DNA of 34,510 nucleotides from Candidatus Omnitrophota bacterium (lineage in GTDB: Bacteria; Omnitrophota; Gorgyraeia; DTHP01): assembly GCA_023818355.1 (NCBI GenBank), contig JAMWCM010000001.1:1-34510 (forward strand), in the 5' to 3' direction. The notes below the pieces were generated by a model that did not search any database, had not been told where the DNA came from, and saw only the letters and a program-made list of their open reading frames with translations. A program made the position numbers and the translations under genes. Shown here piece by piece: positions 27,660 through 34,510 of this stretch. Within the stretch, counting starts at the first letter, position 1; each line of letters starts with the position of its first letter.

Positions 27660-28187
27660 ATGCCCCGCTACTATACCTATCTCATTTCCAGTCTTCCCTA
27701 TCTCCAGTTTGATAGAGAGCCTCCTTTTAGTTTTTCTTCTTTCTTAGAGCGGTGTAAAGATTTTATTAGTGATAAGGAAATTTTTTTGCTAAAAATGGCA
27801 GGAGAGAGAGAACCTAAGCTTTCAGAAATAAAACAGCCAACTTTAAAAAGCTATTTTTTATTTGAAATTGCCTTAAGGGATGAACTGGTAAAACTGAGGG
27901 CATTGCGCCGGAAGGAAGAGCCGGAGAAATATTTAAGAAAGAGTGATTATGTTTTGTCCCTTCATTTGATAAATTCAATTATTCAGGCATTTAAAAATCC
28001 CGCAATCCTTGAGGCAGAAAGAAATTTGGATATTCTCCGGTGGAATTTCTTAGAGGAACTGGAAAGGGGACACTATTTTGATTTTGATTTTCTGGTTGTT
28101 TATGCCTTTAAACTTCTTATCTTAGAACGCTGGGAGAAAGTTAAAAGAGCAGATAAAGAAGCCATTTTGGAAAAATTATTCAAATAG
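27660..28187 (+). CDS. DUF2764-like protein of Bacteroidota/Chlamydia-type V-ATPase operons (probable subunit C/d substitute)
   Basis: 175 aa from the ATG at 27660 (AAGGA SD), starting MPRYYTYLISSLPYLQFDREPPFSFSSFLERC. The position between E and A matches the known E-DUF2764-A-B-D-I-K operon type. The family call is from memory of that N-terminal pattern and the synteny. Confidence 0.6.
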   Translation: MPRYYTYLISSLPYLQFDREPPFSFSSFLERCKDFISDKEIFLLKMAGEREPKLSEIKQPTLKSYFLFEIALRDELVKLRALRRKEEPEKYLRKSDYVLSLHLINSIIQAFKNPAILEAERNLDILRWNFLEELERGHYFDFDFLVVYAFKLLILERWEKVKRADKEAILEKLFK

Positions 28188-28189
28188 GG

Positions 28190-29929
28190 ATGGGAAGAAG
28201 AGGCAAGATTGTCAAAATTGTGGGCAATCTGGTAGCCGTAGAATTTGCCGAGGCGGTCTATCAGAATGAGGTTGCTTATATTCTCCACAATGAAGAAAAG
28301 TTAAAGTCGGAAGTAATTAGAATTAGGGGAAACATTGCCGAGCTTCAGGTTTATGAACGGACAGAGGGTTTAAAGATTGGCGAAGAAGTAGAGTTTACGG
28401 GAGAGCTCCTCTCGGCAGATCTTGGCCCAGGGCTACTGGGGCAGATTTTTGATGGTTTACAGAATCCATTAAGCCTTTTAGCGGAAAAATATGGTTTTTT
28501 CTTAAAACGGGGAGCATATCTTAAAGCACTCCCTGAAGAAAATTTCTGGGAATTCATTCCCTTGGCGAAGAAAGGGGAGAAGGTAAAAGCGGGAGATAGA
28601 TTAGGATATGTTTTTGAGAAAATCTTTAAACATTACATTATGGTTCCCTTTTCTTTCCCCGGGATTTTTGAAGTGGAGGAGATTGTCCCTGAAGGAAAAT
28701 ACAATTTTAAACAACCTATTGCTTACTTGAAGAAAGAGGATAAAGTTTATGAGGTTTTTATGAAACAGTCCTGGCCGGTAAAGATTCCTATCCGCGCCTA
28801 CCGGGAGAGACTCTCCCCCCAGAAAACCCTCGTCACCAAGATAAGGTTGATTGATTCCCTCTTCCCTATAGCCTTAGGAGGAACCTACTGTATACCCGGG
28901 CCATTTGGTTCCGGAAAAACAGTTTTACAACAGTTAATCAGTAAACATGCCGAGATTGACATTGTGGTAATTGCCGCCTGTGGAGAGCGCGCGGGAGAGG
29001 TGGTGGAGGTTTTAAGGACATTTCCTGAACTCACTGACCCCCGCACCGGAAAACTCTTAATTGACCGCACCATCATCATCTGTAATACCAGTGCCATGCC
29101 TGTGGCGGCCAGAGAATCCAGTGTTTATACTGCGGTAACCCTTGCGGAGTATTATCGTCAGATGGGCTTAAATGTTTTACTCCTTGCGGATTCCACTTCC
29201 CGCTGGGCACAGGCAATGCGGGAGATTTCCGGAAGACTGGAAGAGATTCCCGGGGAGGAAGCCTTTCCTGCCTATTTAGAGTCAAGGATTGCTGCTTTTT
29301 ATGAACGGGCAGGAGTAGTGAGGTTGAACGATGGTAGTATTGGTTCGGTAACCATTGGGGGGACAGTGAGTCCCGCGGGAGGGAATTTTGAAGAACCAGT
29401 TACCCAGGCAACTTTGAAAGTGGTGGGAGCATTTTTAGGACTTTCCCGGGAACGGGCGGAAGCAAGAAAATATCCCGCCATTGACCCTTTAATCAGCTGG
29501 TCAAAATACAAAAGTTTTATTGAAGAAGAAAGAGTTTCTTTTATACATTCAGTATTGAGAAGGGCTAACGATATCTATCAAATGATGAAGGTTGTGGGTG
29601 AGGAAGGAATTACCCTTGAGGACTATATTGAGTATTTAAAGGGAGAATTTTTTGATTATGTCTACCTTCAGCAGTATGCCTTTGACCCGGTAGATGAGGC
29701 AACGACTCAAGAGAGACAGAAATATATTTTTGATTTTATCTATGAAAAGATTATCCAAGAAGAATTTCTTTTAGAGAATAAAGAAAATGCCTTAAAGTTT
29801 TTCCAGAAACTGAGGCAGCTTTTTAAAACTTGGAATTCGGAAATCTGGCAGAGTGCGGGTTTTAAGGATTTAGATAGAGAAATCAGGGAATTTCTTAATG
29901 AGCGGAGGAAAGTAAAAAGCAATGTATAG
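28190..29929 (+). CDS. ntpA: V-type ATPase catalytic subunit A
   Basis: 579 aa with Walker [40 protein letters not shown], and the A-subunit-specific insert between the N-terminal barrel and the P-loop. Confidence 0.96.
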   Translation: MGRRGKIVKIVGNLVAVEFAEAVYQNEVAYILHNEEKLKSEVIRIRGNIAELQVYERTEGLKIGEEVEFTGELLSADLGPGLLGQIFDGLQNPLSLLAEKYGFFLKRGAYLKALPEENFWEFIPLAKKGEKVKAGDRLGYVFEKIFKHYIMVPFSFPGIFEVEEIVPEGKYNFKQPIAYLKKEDKVYEVFMKQSWPVKIPIRAYRERLSPQKTLVTKIRLIDSLFPIALGGTYCIPGPFGSGKTVLQQLISKHAEIDIVVIAACGERAGEVVEVLRTFPELTDPRTGKLLIDRTIIICNTSAMPVAARESSVYTAVTLAEYYRQMGLNVLLLADSTSRWAQAMREISGRLEEIPGEEAFPAYLESRIAAFYERAGVVRLNDGSIGSVTIGGTVSPAGGNFEEPVTQATLKVVGAFLGLSRERAEARKYPAIDPLISWSKYKSFIEEERVSFIHSVLRRANDIYQMMKVVGEEGITLEDYIEYLKGEFFDYVYLQQYAFDPVDEATTQERQKYIFDFIYEKIIQEEFLLENKENALKFFQKLRQLFKTWNSEIWQSAGFKDLDREIREFLNERRKVKSNV

Positions 29930-31235
29930 AGTTTATACGGAAATCTTGGAGATTGTTGGGGATGTGCTGGTAGTAGAAGCGGAGAATGTGGGTTACGGAG
30001 AGATTGCTGAGGTTACTTCCCAGAGGGGAACATCCCTTGCCCAGGTGATTCGTCTGGAGGAGAAGAAAGTATTTTTACAGGTTTTTGCCGGGAGTAAGGG
30101 TATTTCTACAGGGGACCGGATAAGATTTTTAGGGCATCCTTTATATATTGCCACTGGAGAAGAGCTCTTAGGAAGAATCTTTAATGGCACAGGCCTTCCC
30201 CGTGATGGCGGACCTCCGCTTTCAGAAAATCTCCGTGAGATTGCTACCCCTGCGGTTAATCCCGTGAAACGGCTCCTTCCTCAGAAGCTGGTGCGCACAG
30301 GGATTCCCATGATTGACCTTTTTAACTCCCTGGTAGAATCTCAAAAGATTCCCATCTTTTCCATCCCTGGAGAACCCTATAATGAACTTCTGGCAAGGAT
30401 TGCTATTCAGGCAGAAATGGAGATTATTATTTTGGGAGGAATGGGTTTAAAGTATGATGACTATCTTTTCTTTCGCCAGAGATTAGAAGAAAAGGGAGCC
30501 TTAGCCAGAGCAGTCTTTTTTGTGCACACCGCCTCTGACCCCATTGTGGAATGTCTTTTGGTTCCGGATATAAGTCTGGCGGTAGCTGAAGATTTTGCCC
30601 TAAAAGGGAAGCGGGTCTTAGTTTTACTTACCGATATGACCCACTTCTGTGATGCTTTAAAAGAGGTTTCCATTACTCTGGAACAGATTCCTTCCAATCG
30701 GGGATATCCTGGAGATTTATATACACAACTGGCAAGAAGATATGAGAAAGCGGTAGATTTTGAAGGGGCCGGTTCAATTACGATAATTTCGGTGACCACG
30801 ATGCCCGGAGACGATGTGACCCATCCCATCCCCGATAATACCGGATACATTACCGAAGGGCAGTTTTATCTCAGAAATAAAATGATTGAACCTTTTGGTT
30901 CCTTAAGTAGATTAAGGCAGCAGGTAAATGCGAAGACACGTTCTGACCACCGCACCTTGATGGATGCGCTGATTCAACTCTTTGCAAGTTATCGCGAAAC
31001 CTTAGAGAAAAGGGCGATGGGTTTTAAGATGACTGAATGGGACAAAAAACTTCTTCATTACGGAGAACTCTTTGAAAAGAAAATGCTCTCCCTGGAGGTA
31101 AATATTCCCTTAGAAGAAGCACTGGACTTAGGCTGGGAAATCCTCTGCACCTGCTTTAGCCCGGAAGAAACCGGGATAAAGAGAAGCCTAATTGAAGAAT
31201 ACTGGCCAAAGAAAGTAGGTTCTGAAGAAAAATGA
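29922..31235 (+). CDS. ntpB: V-type ATPase subunit B
   Basis: 437 aa with [23 protein letters not shown] and [15 protein letters not shown]...[12 protein letters not shown] motifs. Confidence 0.95.
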   Translation: MYRVYTEILEIVGDVLVVEAENVGYGEIAEVTSQRGTSLAQVIRLEEKKVFLQVFAGSKGISTGDRIRFLGHPLYIATGEELLGRIFNGTGLPRDGGPPLSENLREIATPAVNPVKRLLPQKLVRTGIPMIDLFNSLVESQKIPIFSIPGEPYNELLARIAIQAEMEIIILGGMGLKYDDYLFFRQRLEEKGALARAVFFVHTASDPIVECLLVPDISLAVAEDFALKGKRVLVLLTDMTHFCDALKEVSITLEQIPSNRGYPGDLYTQLARRYEKAVDFEGAGSITIISVTTMPGDDVTHPIPDNTGYITEGQFYLRNKMIEPFGSLSRLRQQVNAKTRSDHRTLMDALIQLFASYRETLEKRAMGFKMTEWDKKLLHYGELFEKKMLSLEVNIPLEEALDLGWEILCTCFSPEETGIKRSLIEEYWPKKVGSEEK

Positions 31236-31837
31236 AACTAAGGTTAACCCGGGATGAATTAAAAAGACAGCGGGATGCTTTAAATCGCTATCAGCGTTAT
31301 CTTCCTATCTTAGAACTGAAGAAAAAACAACTGCAGATAGAGATTTTGCATGCGGAGGAAAATATCACAAAAAAGAAGAAAGAAGAAGAAGAAAAGAGGA
31401 AAGAAATTTTAACCTGGATAGGGCTGCTAAATACCACAGAGATAGAGATAAAACCCTGGATTTTGCCTCAAGAAATAATTTACGGGACAAAGGATATTGC
31501 AGGAATTGTTATCCCTTATCTCAAAAGCTTGGTTTTCCCTCCCTTAGATTATGATTTATTTCTTATCCCTCTCTGGATGGATTATGCTTTGGAGAGATTG
31601 AGGCAATGGGTTGCTTTGCGCGAGGAAATCGCTGTTCTGGAGAAGGGGATGGTTATTTTAAAGGAAGAGTTACGCATTACCACCCAGAGAGTAAATCTTT
31701 TTGAGAAAATAAAAATCCCCCAGGCTGAGGAGGCAATCAGAATTATTAAAATATACTTAGGAGACCAGATGGCAAATGCTATTGCCAGAAGTAAACTGGC
31801 AAAGAGAAAACTTGAGGAAGAAGAGGCACGGTTATGA
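31232..31837 (+). CDS. ntpD: V-type ATPase subunit D (central stalk)
   Basis: 201 aa starting [34 protein letters not shown], plus the C-terminal [11 protein letters not shown] helix. Confidence 0.88.
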   Translation: MKLRLTRDELKRQRDALNRYQRYLPILELKKKQLQIEILHAEENITKKKKEEEEKRKEILTWIGLLNTTEIEIKPWILPQEIIYGTKDIAGIVIPYLKSLVFPPLDYDLFLIPLWMDYALERLRQWVALREEIAVLEKGMVILKEELRITTQRVNLFEKIKIPQAEEAIRIIKIYLGDQMANAIARSKLAKRKLEEEEARL

Positions 31838-33594
31838 TTGTTCCCATGAAAAAAGTTACGCTCATTGTTCAAGAAAAGGATAGGGAAGAGACCCTTGAAC
31901 GCTTGGGAGAATTGGGAGTTTTACATATTGAGCATCTTCAGGAACCTCAGGGGAGAGAGTTGAATTTGATTAAAGAAGAAATAAACCAGATTGAGGAGGC
32001 AAGGAGAATACTCAGCCACTACCCAGTTTCCGAAAAAATTTCTCCCACTCCTTACTTAGAAAATTGGCAGGGTTTGCTTAAGCAAATTTTAGAATTAGAA
32101 AAGAGGCTTAAAGATTTAAAAGAATATTTAAACTTCTTTGAGAAAGAGATAAAAGAGTGGGAAAGTTGGGGAGATTTTGATCCAGAAATAGTTAGAGAAT
32201 TATTTAAAAAAGGAATCTATGTTAAATTCTACCAGATTCCTTTAAGGGAGCTGAAAAATCTTCCTGAGGAGATAATTGTGAAAAAGATTTTTTTAAAATC
32301 AGGCTTGGCTAATTGTTTAATTATATCTCCTAAGGAGATAAAACTTCCTTTCCCAGAAATTTCTCCTCCGGGGATGGGACTTAAGAAGATGTATGAAAAG
32401 AGAGGCGAACTCAGGAATGTGCTTGTGCACTTGGAGAAGGAGTTGGCGGAAAAGAGTGTTTTCCTTCCCGCCTTAGAGAAAATAAAACTCTCTTTGGAGA
32501 AAGAAAAGGAATTTGTGGAAGCAAAAATGGGAATGGGAGAAGAGGGTTCTTTAAGTTATCTTAAGGGTTATGTTCCAGAAGAGAGCACAGAAAAAATTTT
32601 AATGGTTGCTCATGAACAGGCTTGGGGAATATTGGTGGAAGCCCCTTCTCCTGAAGATAGCGTTCCCACACTTTTACGCAACTTTCGCGCAATAGAGATT
32701 TTAAATCCTCTCTTTCGCTTTCTGGGAATTCTTCCCGGTTATCAGGAATTGGATATAAGTTTCTGGTTTTTAATCTTTTTATCTTTATTTTTTGGTATGC
32801 TCATCGGGGATGCGGGATACGGAGTGATTTATCTTCTCTTAAGTTTTTTGATAAAAAAGAAATGGGGAAACAAAATAAAAGAAAAATCTCTGTTTACGCT
32901 TTTTTATCTCTTAAGTTTTTCAGCAATCATCTGGGGTCTTTTAAGTGGAACAATTTTTGGCCAGGCTTGGCTTTCCAGATTTATTAAACCCCTGCTTCCT
33001 GCTTTGCGTGATAACCGGCGCCTTCAGAGTTTTTGTTTTTTCTTGGGAGCATTGCACTTAAGTATTGCACATCTCTGGAAATTTATATTAAAAATACCCG
33101 GATTATCAGCTCTCTCTGAGGGAGGCTGGATGGCTATTCTCTGGGGAGTTTATTTTCTGGCAAGGACACTTATCTTAGGGGAAACTTTTCCTTATTTAGG
33201 GAAATCCCTCTTTCTTTTAGGAGTTATCTTAATTCTCTTTTTTACAAAACCCCAAAAGAATATAATTAAAGGGATTGCCCAAGGAACAGGGGCCATTTTT
33301 CTAAATCTGGTAGGTAATTTTACGGATGTGGTTTCTTATATCCGACTTTTTGCAGTAGGGCTGGCATCTGTGACTATTGCCGATGCTTTTAACCAACTTG
33401 CCCTGGATTTTGGTTATAGAGGATTCTTTTCAGGGTTATTTGGTTCTCTAATTTTATTTTTGGGTCATACCTTAAATGTGCTTTTAGGTCCGCTGTCGGT
33501 TTTAGTGCATGGGATAAGGCTTAATCTTCTTGAATTCTGCAATCATCTTGAGGTAAAATGGATAGGGTTTGCCTATAAACCGTTAAAGAAATAG
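31834..33594 (+). CDS. ntpI: V-type ATPase subunit I (a-subunit, stator/ion channel)
   Basis: 586 aa with a cytoplasmic N-terminal half starting [12 protein letters not shown] and a polytopic C-terminal half carrying the conserved VSYIRLFAVGLAS arginine motif. Confidence 0.92.
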   Translation: MIVPMKKVTLIVQEKDREETLERLGELGVLHIEHLQEPQGRELNLIKEEINQIEEARRILSHYPVSEKISPTPYLENWQGLLKQILELEKRLKDLKEYLNFFEKEIKEWESWGDFDPEIVRELFKKGIYVKFYQIPLRELKNLPEEIIVKKIFLKSGLANCLIISPKEIKLPFPEISPPGMGLKKMYEKRGELRNVLVHLEKELAEKSVFLPALEKIKLSLEKEKEFVEAKMGMGEEGSLSYLKGYVPEESTEKILMVAHEQAWGILVEAPSPEDSVPTLLRNFRAIEILNPLFRFLGILPGYQELDISFWFLIFLSLFFGMLIGDAGYGVIYLLLSFLIKKKWGNKIKEKSLFTLFYLLSFSAIIWGLLSGTIFGQAWLSRFIKPLLPALRDNRRLQSFCFFLGALHLSIAHLWKFILKIPGLSALSEGGWMAILWGVYFLARTLILGETFPYLGKSLFLLGVILILFFTKPQKNIIKGIAQGTGAIFLNLVGNFTDVVSYIRLFAVGLASVTIADAFNQLALDFGYRGFFSGLFGSLILFLGHTLNVLLGPLSVLVHGIRLNLLEFCNHLEVKWIGFAYKPLKK

Positions 33595-33603
33595 GGGGGA
33601 GAA

Positions 33604-34050
33604 ATGGAAGGGATAATTTTACAGTTTAAGGACTTTGGTTTAGGGGCAGTGCTTTCTTTATCTGCCATAGGTTCGGGTCTGGGTGCAGGGATAGCGGCGA
33701 TGGCCGCTGTGGGGAGTTGGAAAAAGGCATTTTCCCAAAATAAGGTTGCTCCTTTTTTAATGGTTGCCTTTGTGGGTGCACCCTTAACCCAGACAGTTTA
33801 CGGAATGATTATTATGAACCGTATGGCAGAACTGGTGAATAAAGGAATACATCTCTGGGGCATAGGGATTTTTTCCGGACTGGCGATGGGGCTTTCGGCT
33901 TTAATGCAGGGAAAAGCAGCGGCGGTTGCCTGTGATGCCCTGGGAGAAACGGGGAAGGGTTTTGCGAATTATATTGTGGTCTTAGGGATTATTGAGACGG
34001 TGGCTTTATTTGTAATGGTCTTTACCTTAGGAGTTTTGGGAAAAATTTGA
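33604..34050 (+). CDS. ntpK: V-type ATPase proteolipid subunit K (4-TM c-subunit)
   Basis: 148 aa with two hairpins. It has the PLTQ, MQGK and IIETVAL motifs that align to Enterococcus hirae NtpK PGTQ, AQGK and MVETYAI. Confidence 0.92.
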   Translation: MEGIILQFKDFGLGAVLSLSAIGSGLGAGIAAMAAVGSWKKAFSQNKVAPFLMVAFVGAPLTQTVYGMIIMNRMAELVNKGIHLWGIGIFSGLAMGLSALMQGKAAAVACDALGETGKGFANYIVVLGIIETVALFVMVFTLGVLGKI

Positions 34051-34060
34051 TTAAATTTAG

Positions 34061-34135
34061 GGGCGATTAGCTCAGCCTGGGGAGAGCACTTGACTTACAT
34101 TCAAGGGGTCAGAGGTTCAAATCCTCTATCGCCCA
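34061..34135 (+). tRNA. tRNA-Val (anticodon TAC)
   Basis: GGGCGAT/ATCGCCC acceptor, CTTGA-CTTACAT-TCAAG anticodon arm, AGAGG-TTCAAAT-CCTCT T arm, 75 nt. Confidence 0.9.
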
Positions 34136-34136
34136 G

Positions 34137-34215
34137 GGGGTCGTCGTCTAGTCCGGTCTAAGACGTCGGGCTGTCAATCCGAAAAGCGCGGGTTCAAATC
34201 CCGTCGACCCCGCCA
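34137..34215 (+). tRNA. tRNA-Asp (anticodon GTC), CCA encoded
   Basis: GGGGTCG/CGACCCC acceptor, TCGGG-CTGTCAA-TCCGA anticodon arm, GCGGG-TTCAAAT-CCCGT T arm, discriminator G followed by genomic CCA. It starts 1 nt after tRNA-Val. Confidence 0.88.
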
Positions 34216-34232
34216 GTTCTGAGAAAATAAAG

Positions 34233-34510
34233 ATGCGCATATTGGGGGTTGATCCGGGTCTAAATATTACCGCTTACGGGGTTCTGGAAATCAAAGACAA
34301 TAACCGGTTCTTTCTCTTAGAGACAGGACTGATAAAGACAGGGAAAAATTCTTCCTTGGTCCAAAAATTGGGAAAGATTTATAGAGGGATAAGAGAGGTG
34401 ATGAAGGAATTTCGTCCCCAGGTAATGGTGCTTGAAGAACTCTACTCCCACTATAAACATCCCCGCACCGCTATCCTTATAGGCCATGCTCGGGGAGTGA
34501 TCAGTTTAGT
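34233..34510 (+). CDS. ruvC: crossover junction endodeoxyribonuclease RuvC (N-terminal part, runs off the right edge)
   Basis: Hand translation gives MRILGVDPGLNITAYGVLEIKDNNRFFLLETGLIKTGKNSSLVQKLGKIYRGIREVMKEFRPQVMVLEELYSHYKHPRTAILIGHARGVISL. This includes the RuvC N-terminal GxDPG catalytic Asp and the E..Y motif. Confidence 0.88.
   Translation, partial: MRILGVDPGLNITAYGVLEIKDNNRFFLLETGLIKTGKNSSLVQKLGKIYRGIREVMKEFRPQVMVLEELYSHYKHPRTAILIGHARGVISL

Overview
This is the replication-origin neighbourhood of an AT-rich, very tightly packed bacterial chromosome, apparently diderm (long YidC with a periplasmic domain, PpiD-like chaperone). It uses the standard code, since TGA serves as a stop.

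Gene orientation switches at about 17.9-18.1 kb. To the left, everything is on the minus strand: dnaA-dnaN-dciA(DUF721)-gyrB-[GAF/HD-GYP]-gyrA-tRNAGlu-glmS, then a decayed IS fragment, then tRNACys-tRNALeu-tRNAVal-thrS-infC-rpmI-rplT-trkA-trkA-[38-aa ORF]-trkH-[exported hypothetical]. To the right, on the plus strand, are rpmH-yidD-yidC-parA-parB-ndk-yicC-remA-gmk-rpoZ-coaC-coaB. A convergent ppiD-like gene follows, then a 7-gene V-type ATPase operon (E, DUF2764-like, A, B, D, I, K), then tRNAVal-tRNAAsp-ruvC (partial).

Almost everything is housekeeping. I see no CRISPR array, defence island or intact mobile element.

The items most worth a second look:
- An unannotated 38-aa single-TM ORF locked by start/stop overlap between trkA and trkH.
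- A GAF/HD-GYP signalling protein inserted between gyrB and gyrA.
- tRNAs embedded in protein operons with 1-22 nt spacers, together with absence of rnpA from its canonical rpmH-adjacent slot.
- A V-ATPase whose K subunit keeps the full Enterococcus-type Na+ ligand set.
- Two heptanucleotide x4 arrays in the 5' end of an exported-protein gene.
- An IS-transposase remnant bracketed by about 20-nt direct repeats.

All family assignments come from reading motifs in the translations. No database search was possible.
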